From the IMG/VR virus record IMGVR_UViG_2671180890_000008: a DNA stretch of 32,106 nt; one strand, given 5' to 3'. This DNA comes from a virus (taxonomy: Duplodnaviria > Heunggongvirae > Uroviricota > Caudoviricetes). Of this stretch, positions 1 to 8,779 are shown piece by piece; positions within the stretch are counted from its first letter, which is position 1; each line of letters opens with the position of its first letter. Below the pieces are notes generated by a model, which did no database searches, was not told where the DNA came from, and was given only the letters and a program-made list of their open reading frames with translations. The position numbers and the translations under genes were made by a program.

Positions 1-219
1 TTACATCCACATAATTTGCTGCCCTGACGGCAACGGGTGCGGCCTCACGGCGTGGACTTCTCCCGGCTTCACGATGTATCTCTGTACCGACTCATAAGTG
101 ATGAACGTGGCGCTGCAATTCACGTTCTGGCACTGGTGATAACGCTCTTTTGTCGTGTCAGTGATATAGCGGCTTGTACGCGCATGTGCGGCATGCTGGC
201 ATAAAGGACAATGAAACAT
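1..219 (-). CDS. ogr: Late gene transcriptional activator Ogr (C4 zinc finger), 72 aa
   Basis: Starts at the internal Met 'MFHCPLCQHAAHARTSRYITDTTKERYHQCQNVNCSATF...' with four Cys; length and sequence match P2 Ogr as I remember it. The first 21 aa of the track ORF look like a spurious extension. Confidence 0.85.
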   Translation of the reverse strand: MFHCPLCQHAAHARTSRYITDTTKERYHQCQNVNCSATFITYESVQRYIVKPGEVHAVRPHPLPSGQQIMWM

Positions 220-300
220 CGCGAGCACCTCTTCCGGTTTTGTTGATGTTGCCATTTTAGTTAAATTACCCTTATAAAACAAATAGATAAATAAAACACA

Positions 301-1464
301 TCACTCATCATCTTCTGTTTCGTACTCCACATCAGAAAGCCTGACCTCAAGCTCTAAGGACGTCGTGAAGCCGCTATTATTCAGAAAATGTGTCACCTTA
401 GTGATTGTCCAGTCCTGCTCGTCTATGACGCGCTTAAAGCCTGACACTTTAACCGGTGTTTCCGTGTAAATATCTGCCCGACCGGTAGCCAGGCTGATGG
501 AAAACTCCGCGACGCCCCGTTGCAGTTTGTCCCACTTCGCCTGAGCGGCGCGCATGGCCTGCGCTTTCGTGGCATATACCGTGGTCAGTGCAAAAACGTT
601 GTCAGCCTCACCGGCCATGTATTCACCTTCGCGCGCTTCCGGTACTTTAGGCGCTTTCTTCTGCCTGACCGGTTTCGCTTTGGGATGCTCCAGTGCGCGC
701 AGGTGTTTCTCTTTCTTTTTGCGTTTCAGTTTTACCTTCTGCTTTTGCGGCTTCGGGTCTTTGGTGTGAAGCCACTTTGCCGTTACGCCGGTGTAGGCTC
801 CACGGTCAGCAATCGCAAAATGATGACGGTCGCCGTCGCTGCGGGTGATGGTAATCTGCGGGATTTTTTTACCGCTGGCCGTCACCCCCTGCCCCGCTTT
901 GAGAAACAACAATTTTCCCATTTTTACCGACACCTCACCGCCGTTGCGTTCAGCAAGGCGGGTCAGGAATTTTGCATCAGACTCCTGCGACTGGTCGATG
1001 TGCGGGATTTTAATTCCGGCCAGTGACGGAGCGACACTGGCTTCCAGCCTGTTACGGGAGGCTATCGCCTCAACAATCGCACCGAGCGTGGTGTCATGCC
1101 ATGAGCCTTCCCGGCGGGAATTGAGCGTCCCGCGAAAATCTGCACTCCGGGCGCGGATGGTAACCACATCCGGCGCGCCCCGGTGTTCAACCTCATCAAC
1201 GGTAAATTTCCCTTTGCATACCAGGGCAAAACCTTTCCAGCCGATATACACCGTCAGGACAGCGCCACGAACCGGCAGCCCGACCTGCCCGTCGGCATCG
1301 TTCAGTTCAATATCAAGCTGGTCAGCCTCAAAGCCCCGGTTATCCGTCAGGGTCATGCTCATCAGACGGTCGCTGATATTGCCGGTAATATCCCTGCTGT
1401 CGAGCATCAGCATGTAATCCGGCGTCAGCGTACTGCCTGCATCAAATGTCAGCGCATCCAGCAT
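301..1464 (-). CDS. D: Tail protein D (late gene D), 387 aa
   Basis: 387-aa ORF at the end of the FI-FII-E-T-U-D block; length and position match P2 gpD; start overlaps the U stop. Confidence 0.85.
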   Translation of the reverse strand: MLDALTFDAGSTLTPDYMLMLDSRDITGNISDRLMSMTLTDNRGFEADQLDIELNDADGQVGLPVRGAVLTVYIGWKGFALVCKGKFTVDEVEHRGAPDVVTIRARSADFRGTLNSRREGSWHDTTLGAIVEAIASRNRLEASVAPSLAGIKIPHIDQSQESDAKFLTRLAERNGGEVSVKMGKLLFLKAGQGVTASGKKIPQITITRSDGDRHHFAIADRGAYTGVTAKWLHTKDPKPQKQKVKLKRKKKEKHLRALEHPKAKPVRQKKAPKVPEAREGEYMAGEADNVFALTTVYATKAQAMRAAQAKWDKLQRGVAEFSISLATGRADIYTETPVKVSGFKRVIDEQDWTITKVTHFLNNSGFTTSLELEVRLSDVEYETEDDE

Positions 1465-1943
1465 TATCCCGCCCCCGTCATACCCGTGAATTTAGTCGCC
1501 ATACTGCCAGCCTTACCGATGAGCGATTCCGCCTGTTTACCGATATCGCCATAAAGCGCGGCCAGTGATTCATCAACGCGGGTGAGCGACAGCGTAAAAT
1601 CAATTTTTCGGGGTGTGCCGTCTGCAAAGAAAATACTCCCTGTTTCACTCACCCTGCTGATGACATACATGCCGTAAATCATGCCGGTGCCATCCAGCAA
1701 CGGCCACGCCCGACCTTCCTCTGCCATCAGCCTGAGCGTGGTCATCGTCAGCTTTCCGCCGGTCAGCTCGGGATAAAGCACACCGGCAAGCGTGATGTTT
1801 TCCTCGCCAACACCGAGAAACTGAAAGGCATCCCGTTTACCGATACGGGAATTTGACGGCCAGCGATAATCTGATTCACGCTGCATGGTCTGGTGTGGCA
1901 GCGTCTGGCGCATAAAAACAAACATACCTAACGCGAGCATCAT
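1464..1943 (-). CDS. U: Tail protein U, 159 aa
   Basis: 159 aa, directly downstream of the tape measure gene, as in P2. Confidence 0.85.
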   Translation of the reverse strand: MMLALGMFVFMRQTLPHQTMQRESDYRWPSNSRIGKRDAFQFLGVGEENITLAGVLYPELTGGKLTMTTLRLMAEEGRAWPLLDGTGMIYGMYVISRVSETGSIFFADGTPRKIDFTLSLTRVDESLAALYGDIGKQAESLIGKAGSMATKFTGMTGAG

Positions 1944-1957
1944 TTTTCGTCACCTCC

Positions 1958-4405
1958 TTAACCGTCATGCATCATGCTGGCACGGGCGCGCGCACGTTTA
2001 TCCCGCTCGTATTTTTCAAGCGCATCCTGTAACTGGCGGTCAAGCTGTGTCCCCGGCGCAGTACCACCCGTCAGGCTGATGTGATATTCGTTTTTACTCT
2101 GGTCTACATAAGAGCGACCAGCCGGTGCCGTGACCGGCTGATAAGCCTGATAGCCTGCATAAGAGCTGGTCGCCGGAATATAACCACCGCTGCCATACGT
2201 GGCGGCTTGAGTTCTGGCGGCGGTCTGGTCAAGTGTGTCTGACTCTTTGTTGATAACACCGAGTTTTTCCAGTACCCAGTCAATACCACTGCGCAGTTTG
2301 TTGAACGCATTAAGCGGCAGCATCAGCGCGTCAGCCAGTGCCTGCCCGAACATGACCCCCGTGTCACGGCAACTGTTCAGGGTGTCCTGAGTGGCTTTGA
2401 CCGGGGCAATCAGGTTTTTAAACCACTGCCACGCGGCCTGTAACTTTTCACCCAGCCAGTCAAACACCGGCTTAAGTGGCGTGAACAGTTCCCCCACCGG
2501 CGCAAATGCCACTTTCAGCCCTTCAACCACACCGCCAAAGAATGCGCTGACAGGCTCCCAGTATTTACGGATAAGCAACGCCCCGGCGACAATTGCGGCC
2601 ACCACGGCCACAACCGGCCAGCTAATAGCCCCGATGGCGGTCATAACAGCACTGCCAACCGTCGTGAAGACTGCCCCCATTGCGCCTGCTGCCGCGATGA
2701 TGCCATTGATGCCGGTGATAACCGGCCAGGCTACAAGACCAATTGCACCGATGATGCCAGTCAGCGCCAGCGCGCCACCGGCAATGATGCCGATGGTTGA
2801 CGCCAGTGATTTGTTTTTCTGGATCCAGCCGTCGAGTTTTAACACATACTTTGTGGCCGTCTGCGTGAGCTTACGCAGCGCGCCTTCCTGCTGGTCAAAC
2901 AGGTCAGTCCCCACCGCCTCATAAGCGGACTGAAACTCCTTAAAGTCACCGCCGAGGTTGTCCTGCATGATATTTACCAGCTCGGCGGTCTTCCCGTCTG
3001 AGGCTTTAAACGCAGCGGTCAGTTTGTCCAGCTTTCCGGTTGAGGCGGCAGTCATCAGCACGGTGGCGGCTGAGCTGGCTTCCTCCCCGAAAATGGTTTT
3101 CATGTATTCAGCCTGCTGGGCAGTACCGAGCCGGTTTTTCTCAAAACTGGCCTGCATTTCTTTCAGAATGGTAAATACTGGTCGGGTGTTTCCCTTACTG
3201 TCTGAGGTTTTCACGCCAAGCTCTTTGAGTGCATCCCATGCTTTTCCCGTCGGTGCCTGCAGGCGACTTAACACGGCACGGCTTCCCGTCCCCGCCATTG
3301 AGCCTGTGATTTTTGCATCATGCAGCGCTCCGACCATTGCGGCGGTTTCTTCAATGCTGACACCGGCATTTTTTGCCACAGGTGCAGCATAGGTCAGCGC
3401 ATCGCTCATACCGTCAAAATCGGCGGCGGTTTTGTTCATCGTCATGGAGAGAACATCCCCGATATGAGCGACCTTATCGTTTGAAAGCTGAAAGGCGGAT
3501 TTCATCCCCATCAGCAGGGCAGCGTTTTCTTCCATCGTGCGACGGTTCGCCAGCGCCATATTCAGCGTGACCGGCGTTGCCGCCTGAATGGCATCAACAT
3601 CCCCACCGGCTTTCGCAATAATAATCTGCGCACCGGCTGCATCATCTGCCGAGGCGGCGGTATTGTCGCCGAGCTGGCGCGCCTGTTTGCGTAGTGCAGC
3701 CATTTCGGCGGAGTCTTTTGCCACTCCGAGCACGGCCTGCAATTCTGAGTTTTTCTGCGCAAACTCATAACCGGGCATCAGCAGCTTAACTCCGGCCATC
3801 GTTCCCGCCGCCGCAATCCCCACACCGGCAGCGCCCACCGAGGCCATATTTCCGGCCAGTTCCTTGCCTGCCTGATAACGCTGTTTGACTGCGTTAAGTT
3901 TTGCCTGTTGCGCACTGACACGCGCCAGCGCGTCGCGCTGACGGTTAAGCTGTGCGGTGGTTTCACTGATACGGTTTTTCAGTCCCTGCTCATCATGTGC
4001 AAGATTGCGGGTATTAATTCCCACAGCGGCCAGTTCCCGTTGCTGGCGTTTAACGGAATCCGTCAGGCGGTTATATTTCGCCTGTAAGTCCTCCGCCGCA
4101 CGCTTTGCGGATTCCAGCACTTTCGCCTGAGCACGGGTCGGACGTTCGGTGTTTTTAAACTGTGTGGCAAGGGCTTCGGCTTCCTGCCGTGCCTTTTCAA
4201 GTGCATGACCAGTCACGGCAAGCTGTGCGCTGGTCTTGCGAAATCCCTCAATACGGGATGCGTGACCGTTCAGCTCGCGCAGTGATTTTTGTGTTTCCCG
4301 GATATCCCCCGACAGCGACTTACTCGCTGTGCGGATGGATTTAAACGGGCGGGATGCCTGGTCAACAGCCCTGAGCAATACCTGTAATTTTACATTGTTA
4401 CTCAT
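1958..4405 (-). CDS. T: Tail tape measure protein T, 815 aa
   Basis: 815 aa, coiled-coil-rich N-terminus and Gly/Ala-rich hydrophobic middle typical of tape measure proteins; length equals P2 gpT. Confidence 0.9.
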   Translation of the reverse strand: MSNNVKLQVLLRAVDQASRPFKSIRTASKSLSGDIRETQKSLRELNGHASRIEGFRKTSAQLAVTGHALEKARQEAEALATQFKNTERPTRAQAKVLESAKRAAEDLQAKYNRLTDSVKRQQRELAAVGINTRNLAHDEQGLKNRISETTAQLNRQRDALARVSAQQAKLNAVKQRYQAGKELAGNMASVGAAGVGIAAAGTMAGVKLLMPGYEFAQKNSELQAVLGVAKDSAEMAALRKQARQLGDNTAASADDAAGAQIIIAKAGGDVDAIQAATPVTLNMALANRRTMEENAALLMGMKSAFQLSNDKVAHIGDVLSMTMNKTAADFDGMSDALTYAAPVAKNAGVSIEETAAMVGALHDAKITGSMAGTGSRAVLSRLQAPTGKAWDALKELGVKTSDSKGNTRPVFTILKEMQASFEKNRLGTAQQAEYMKTIFGEEASSAATVLMTAASTGKLDKLTAAFKASDGKTAELVNIMQDNLGGDFKEFQSAYEAVGTDLFDQQEGALRKLTQTATKYVLKLDGWIQKNKSLASTIGIIAGGALALTGIIGAIGLVAWPVITGINGIIAAAGAMGAVFTTVGSAVMTAIGAISWPVVAVVAAIVAGALLIRKYWEPVSAFFGGVVEGLKVAFAPVGELFTPLKPVFDWLGEKLQAAWQWFKNLIAPVKATQDTLNSCRDTGVMFGQALADALMLPLNAFNKLRSGIDWVLEKLGVINKESDTLDQTAARTQAATYGSGGYIPATSSYAGYQAYQPVTAPAGRSYVDQSKNEYHISLTGGTAPGTQLDRQLQDALEKYERDKRARARASMMHDG

Positions 4406-4825
4406 TCGTGTTTCCGCTTCGCCGGAGCGCCTTTTCGCGCCATGTGATGAGTTCGGTCAGGCTCATGGGATACAGTTCTGATGGCGGCCAGTGAAATATC
4501 ACTGCCACATCCGCCATCAGGTCATCGACCGACAGATTTTTCGGGAACGTCACTGCACCGAGTTCGGCGACAAAAAACCGACCACCTTACCGGCCAGCGC
4601 CACAAGGTCAGGCAGTTCCAGCGCGGCGACTTCCTGCTCGGTCAGCATCGGTGCCGTCATGCGCGGCAGCACCTTAATCAGTGCATCGACTTCGGAGTTC
4701 GCGACCGCTGCCAGACTGACACCGCGCAGCGTCCCGGCATTGGGTTTCATCAGCGTGACCTGTTCGATAACCTGCTCACCACGTTTGACCGGATTGTCCA
4801 GGGTAATGACATTTTCTTTGTTCAT
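4398..4825 (-). CDS. E+E': Tail assembly chaperone E+E' fusion made by programmed -1 ribosomal frameshift
   Basis: Minus-strand heptamer T TTT TTG (plus coordinates 4571-4577). After a -1 slip the frame stays open to a TAA at 4398-4400, overlapping the T start at 4405. Hand-translated extension: '...VAELGAVTFPKNLSVDDLMADVAVIFHWPPSELYPMSLTELITWREKALRRSGNTNE'. Confidence 0.7.
4550..4825 (-). CDS. E: Tail assembly chaperone E, 91 aa (zero-frame product)
   Basis: 91-aa ORF between FII and T, ending '...GKVVGFLSPNSVQ'; a TTTTTTG slippery heptamer lies near its 3' end. Confidence 0.85.
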   Translation of the reverse strand: MNKENVITLDNPVKRGEQVIEQVTLMKPNAGTLRGVSLAAVANSEVDALIKVLPRMTAPMLTEQEVAALELPDLVALAGKVVGFLSPNSVQ

Positions 4826-4881
4826 GGTTTTCTCACTTCTGAATCGGGGTTAACCGGTCAGCCAGGCTGACCGGATGAAAA

Positions 4882-5400
4882 TCACAGGCCGATATTGCGG
4901 CGGTGTTGCTCCAGCCGGTCGACGCCGTTCACCTTCTCAATCATGTTGATGGTGTCGATTTCGACCAGCTCCTTACCGTCCATCGTCAGCCGGAAATAGG
5001 TGCAGACCACGGAGATTTTCGACTCGGTGTCTTCTCCCTGTTTGCCCTCGCCGGTGTCGATTTCTTTCTGACGTCCACGCATGACCACCTCGACGGCCAC
5101 CGTTTCGCCGGTATCGTCGCGCTGGTAAGAGCCTGCAAAACGAATCGGTACGGAATCCACACCGGTTGCGGCGTAAAGCTCCCAGATAACCGAATCCGGG
5201 AAGCCACCGAGCGACCACTCCATTGACAGCGCATCGTCATCAAGGCCGAGGTCTACCGGTGCGCTGCCGTTCATCCCCGCACCGCGATAGTTTTCGAGCT
5301 TACGGGTCAGTTTTGGCAGCGTGACGGACTTTGCAACGCCCTGATAGCTGTAGCCGTTCAGAAAGACGTTCATTAACTTGAGTTTGCGCGGCATTGCCAT
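4882..5400 (-). CDS. FII: Tail tube protein FII, 172 aa
   Basis: 172 aa, directly downstream of the sheath gene; P2 gpFII length. Confidence 0.9.
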   Translation of the reverse strand: MAMPRKLKLMNVFLNGYSYQGVAKSVTLPKLTRKLENYRGAGMNGSAPVDLGLDDDALSMEWSLGGFPDSVIWELYAATGVDSVPIRFAGSYQRDDTGETVAVEVVMRGRQKEIDTGEGKQGEDTESKISVVCTYFRLTMDGKELVEIDTINMIEKVNGVDRLEQHRRNIGL

Positions 5401-5412
5401 CGGTCAGGCTCC

Positions 5413-6603
5413 TTAATTGCTGTTAACCGAGGTGACCAGACTTGCCAGGTATCTTGAAGTAATACGCTGGCGCAGGGTCAGGTTTTCGAGGGGAGGCACC
5501 GGGGTATAGTCGTAGTCGATATACAGTTTTCCGGCCTTGAGGGTTTCCGCATCGTTGGATTCTTCACTGAACCAGCATGTGCCATCCACGATATAACCGT
5601 TGTTTTTCAGTTCGCGGAATTTGGCATTGATGCCGTCAATGATGTCGCGAATCAGCGTTGCGGTGATGGGCTTATCAATAGCCCACATGTGCGCCTCAAC
5701 CATCGTGTCGGCCAGTACCTGCGCAGTGCGTGTGTAGCTTTCAAAGAGGAACAGCGGGTCATCGGAGCAGGTACGGTTACCCCAGAAACGGAAACCGTCT
5801 CGGCGAACCAGCGTTGTGACGCCTGCCTCGTTCAGCAGGTCAGCATCAGTGCCAGACTTCTGCAAATCCCAGAATACAGATGCACTGATGCCGGTAACAC
5901 CGTTTACCCCGACGTTGGACAGCGTTTTATGCCAGCCCTGCTCCTGGTCGATTTTGGCACGCAGCCCCAGCGCACGGGCGGTGGCATACGCGGTGGCGGT
6001 GGTACTGGTGACCGTATCCCATGCGAGGAAATCCGGCCAGATAACCATCAGCTCACGCTGGCTGAAATTCTGGCGGTAGGCTTTCACCTCGGAAATGGTT
6101 TTACAGCCCCATGCGCTGATATACCCGAATGCATTCAGTTCCTGGCATACCGATGCCAGTGCGACGGCAACCTCTTTGGTGTCCAGCCCCGGCACACCGA
6201 GAATGCGCGGTTTAACGCCGGTAACCGACTCAGCCCCCATCAGGGCTTTCAGTCCGGTGTACTGACCGTTTTCGTCAGTGGTGCCGATGATATTGGAAAC
6301 GGTCTGCGCGAGTTTCGTTTCCTCGTCGTCGCCGGTGCCGTCTTCCACACGCACGACAACGGTGACCGGTTTTGACTGGTCGGCGATGGCCTGCAACGAT
6401 GCCGCCAGCGTGCCTTTTTTACCGGCCTTCGCAATTGCACTCTGCACATTGGTAATCAGCACCGGTTTATTGAGGGGGAAGGTTTCCGCATCCGCATCGC
6501 TGGCCGTGCAGACCATGCCGACAATGGCCGTGGATACGGTGGAAATGACGCGGGTGCCGTCGTTAATCTCCAGCACCTGCACGCCATGATGATAGTCACT
6601 CAT
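5413..6603 (-). CDS. FI: Contractile tail sheath protein FI, 396 aa
   Basis: 396 aa, first gene of the FI-FII-E-T-U-D operon; P2 gpFI length. Confidence 0.9.
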   Translation of the reverse strand: MSDYHHGVQVLEINDGTRVISTVSTAIVGMVCTASDADAETFPLNKPVLITNVQSAIAKAGKKGTLAASLQAIADQSKPVTVVVRVEDGTGDDEETKLAQTVSNIIGTTDENGQYTGLKALMGAESVTGVKPRILGVPGLDTKEVAVALASVCQELNAFGYISAWGCKTISEVKAYRQNFSQRELMVIWPDFLAWDTVTSTTATAYATARALGLRAKIDQEQGWHKTLSNVGVNGVTGISASVFWDLQKSGTDADLLNEAGVTTLVRRDGFRFWGNRTCSDDPLFLFESYTRTAQVLADTMVEAHMWAIDKPITATLIRDIIDGINAKFRELKNNGYIVDGTCWFSEESNDAETLKAGKLYIDYDYTPVPPLENLTLRQRITSRYLASLVTSVNSN

Positions 6604-6708
6604 CCGTTTAACTCCGTGGTTAATGGGTGCAACTATTTTCTGTTGTGCAGAGCATGAGACGCTATTTGCCCTGGATGGTCAGTGGATGAAACAACAGATA
6701 CAGAAAAG

Positions 6709-6725
6709 GCGGGCAATTCGCCCGC
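6709..6725. terminator. GC-rich hairpin (GCGGGC-aattc-GCCCGC) between the FI start and the cargo gene; possible terminator or insulator
   Basis: 6-bp GC stem with a 5-nt loop; the minus strand continues with CTTTTCT. Strand of action is ambiguous. Confidence 0.3.
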
Positions 6726-6919
6726 ATTTCCTAATTTGTACTAACCCAGCTTCCAACTGACAATTTACGTAGCCAAAAAGCTTTCAAGTCTGGCAGACTG
6801 ATTTGTACGAGGTGTGGATAACCATAATTATGTGCATGCTAACATCACGGTGCATGAGTCAATCGGGTCTATGCCAACGAATTACGCCTTGATTGACCAT
6901 AGATTGCTTGCCCTTGAAT

Positions 6920-6948
6920 TTGACCATTCCAATAAAATGAATTATGAT
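6920..6948 (+). promoter_or_regulatory. Candidate sigma70 promoter of the HTH cargo gene (-35 TTGACC, 17-nt spacer, -10 TATGAT)
   Basis: TTGACC at 6920-6925 and TATGAT at 6943-6948; GGAGG at 6960-6964 lies 6 nt before the ATG at 6971. The -35 is part of a TTGACCAT direct repeat (6893-6900 and 6920-6927). Confidence 0.35.
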
Positions 6949-6970
6949 AATCGTCAAATGGAGGTGCACA

Positions 6971-7615
6971 ATGATCAAACACACCGCAGCAGAAAGGGAA
7001 ACCAACACTTCAGCTAAGCTGAATGAATACCAGTTGAACCTTCTGAAAAGAATTAACAACCTCGCTATTTCCCTGATGCCTGAATTTGAAGACAAAAACC
7101 AGGCAATTAATGCTATCACGCTGGATGATAGTTCACTGATGCAATTGCTCTACACCGTTCAACTCGAACAGAAGACTCGTGTCAATGACTACGAACTACG
7201 TAAAGTGCGCCGTCGTCGCGAAAATCTGGAACGATTTTATCGTGGGCTTCAGGAGTTAGGCGGTACGCTAAAGGTAAATGACGTGGTCGATATTCTTGGA
7301 ATCACCCGCCAGGCGATCAACATTCGCGTTAAGAAGAACAAGCTTTTAGCATTCAAGCAGAACGGTGATTTTATTTTCCCGAAATTTCAGTTCACAGATA
7401 ACGGGCTGATTCCCGGCTTTGAAGACGTAATGGCGGCATTTGACGAGAATACCCATCCAATGCTGAGGTTGGGTGTGCTGAAATCACCAATAGAGGTTAA
7501 TAGCGAAGGCCTGAAAAAGACGCCGATTCAAATCATGCAGGACGGCGCTAAAAATAGTGAACTTAGTCTGGCTATCCGTGCCGCTAAACAGTTCGGAAAT
7601 CATGTATCCAGTTAA
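6971..7615 (+). CDS. Cargo gene: 214-aa HTH protein with an Xre/MbcA/ParS-like (DUF2384-type) antitoxin C-terminus and a ~100-aa charged N-terminal extension
   Basis: Start chosen at the second Met (MIKHTAAERE...) because of the GGAGG site. Putative HTH 'VVDILGITRQAINIRVKKNKL'. C-terminus '...TPIQIMQDGAKNSELSLAIRAAKQFG' fits the P-x2-hydrophobic...G...hydrophobic-rich...G pattern of RES-antitoxin toxin-binding domains as I recall them. Lower GC than the phage core. Confidence 0.5.
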   Translation: MIKHTAAERETNTSAKLNEYQLNLLKRINNLAISLMPEFEDKNQAINAITLDDSSLMQLLYTVQLEQKTRVNDYELRKVRRRRENLERFYRGLQELGGTLKVNDVVDILGITRQAINIRVKKNKLLAFKQNGDFIFPKFQFTDNGLIPGFEDVMAAFDENTHPMLRLGVLKSPIEVNSEGLKKTPIQIMQDGAKNSELSLAIRAAKQFGNHVSS

Positions 7616-7624
7616 TTGTTTTAA

Positions 7625-7650
7625 AAAGAGGGGCTAGCCAGCCCCTCTTT
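7625..7650. terminator. Bidirectional rho-independent terminator between the convergent cargo genes
   Basis: Perfect 11-bp stem AAAGAGGGGCT / AGCCCCTCTTT with a 4-nt loop (AGCC), sitting between the two stop codons (7613-7615 and 7654-7656). Confidence 0.7.
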
Positions 7651-7653
7651 GGT

Positions 7654-8364
7654 TTACATTGGTTCTGGCGTAATTTCGAATCCAAGCAGTTCTTCGAACA
7701 TCTCTTCACCTGACATCGTTCCTTTGTGCCACCCTTTAGGGAAGATACCTTCGTCATTTTCGATGTAACTGGCATAAGGCACCATCCCCTGAGGGGTATC
7801 GGTAAAGGCTGGTGTACTATCCGGTCGTTCCCAAAAGGCATAACAGCGTTTATAGCGTTTATGCCTTGAGGTATAGGCTATCCCGTCATAGTCACGCCCG
7901 AAATGTGTATAAAGATGTTCCATTAGCCATTGAGTAAAAGTGTAATCCTCGTTCTCTAAGCTATCCAAAGGAATATGTAACAACTCACAGAGCGCTACAA
8001 CATCGATCACTTTCACTGGCCTCATGACATCCACAGAGCACATATAGTGTTGTGAAAGTACCGATTCAGGATAAGAAATCGTCCCTTCGAGATGGAGCAA
8101 ACGCCCATAAGCTTCTGCCGCCGCCGTTAACGCAGAGTCAGAGGCATACCATACCGCCACACATCCCCCTGGGGGGTTGTATCGCCCACATTTATTTTCC
8201 TCAATTGGCGCTCTGAAGTTGATTGCGCTTTCATACAACGCCATTTGATGACGCTTCAAAAGACCAGAGCCTGGTTGAATGTCAATCGCCGGAATACGTC
8301 CAGATTTATTTTTTGCAGCAATTCCTTGTGCAACAATATTTTTTTCAAATGTCCATTTGGTCAT
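7654..8364 (-). CDS. Cargo gene: RES-domain protein (predicted NAD+-targeting toxin of the RES family), 236 aa
   Basis: Start set at Met17 (MTKWTFEK...), preceded by AGGAG with an 8-nt spacer. 'CGRYNPPGGCVAVWYASDSALTAAAEAYG' matches the RES-domain Arg/Glu core (G-R-x-N...Y-x-A...E), and 'GIAYTSRHKRY' supplies the conserved Ser region. Confidence 0.7.
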   Translation of the reverse strand: MTKWTFEKNIVAQGIAAKNKSGRIPAIDIQPGSGLLKRHQMALYESAINFRAPIEENKCGRYNPPGGCVAVWYASDSALTAAAEAYGRLLHLEGTISYPESVLSQHYMCSVDVMRPVKVIDVVALCELLHIPLDSLENEDYTFTQWLMEHLYTHFGRDYDGIAYTSRHKRYKRCYAFWERPDSTPAFTDTPQGMVPYASYIENDEGIFPKGWHKGTMSGEEMFEELLGFEITPEPM

Positions 8365-8481
8365 TTTTACTACTCCTTCTATAAACAGATTAAGCCATAG
8401 GCTCCTCTCCATATTGATTGAAAATAATCCCTACCGTGCTTGCCCGGCAGGGGGTATGAGAACATGTGTATCTCAATCTCG

Positions 8482-8490
8482 ATTATACCA
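8482..8490 (-). promoter_or_regulatory. Candidate extended -10 promoter (TGgTATAAT) for the RES gene
   Basis: Minus strand reads 'tttgctTGGTATAATcgag' about 120 nt upstream of the RES start; no convincing -35. The predicted leader contains a mini-ORF (GGAGAGGAGCCT ATG GCT TAA). Confidence 0.3.
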
Positions 8491-8779
8491 AGCAAATTTT
8501 CTATTTTTCGGAAATTTAGAGAGTTTTTTTAATGCTTCGCATGCCTTCTCGATGTATTGATGGGGCTGAAAAGAAGAAATAACGCAGGAAGTTTTACGGA
8601 AAGGAGAACTATAAAGATTTTTATCAAGTGAATTAGAAATAAGAACTTCGCAGGATACTGCATTTTTAGTGAAGATGGGTTGAGTTTCTCAGCAAGAGTC
8701 CCGCGAGAGCCGTATTGACAGCATGCATGACTCGGAGATTATTCCCCATGCAGGATGGTACACCAATGCAAGAGTTGGT

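Noticed and set aside
220-282. 21-codon N-terminal extension of the ogr ORF in the six-frame track
   Set aside because: Ogr is 72 aa starting at MFHCPLC; the upstream Met lies in the ogr promoter region.
520-1554. Plus-strand ORFs (168, 71, 190, 123 aa) overlapping gene D
   Set aside because: Antisense to a well-supported structural gene; composition-driven open frames in GC-rich DNA.
2391-3570. Plus-strand ORFs (177, 144, 65 aa) inside the tape measure gene T
   Set aside because: Antisense to T; low-complexity Ala/Ser/Pro-rich translations typical of spurious frames.
4481-4870. Plus-strand ORFs of 129 and 120 aa overlapping E and E'
   Set aside because: The minus-strand E and E+E' reading, with its slippery heptamer, explains this region.
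5689-6375. 228-aa plus-strand ORF inside FI
   Set aside because: Antisense to the tail sheath gene; no ribosome-binding site.
6814-7119. ORFs of 67 aa (+) and 86 aa (-) overlapping the start of the HTH cargo gene
   Set aside because: Shorter, no ribosome-binding sites, and they overlap the better-supported 214-aa gene and its promoter.
8279-8560. 93-aa plus-strand ORF overlapping the RES start and its promoter
   Set aside because: Antisense to the RES N-terminus; hydrophobic low-complexity translation; no ribosome-binding site.
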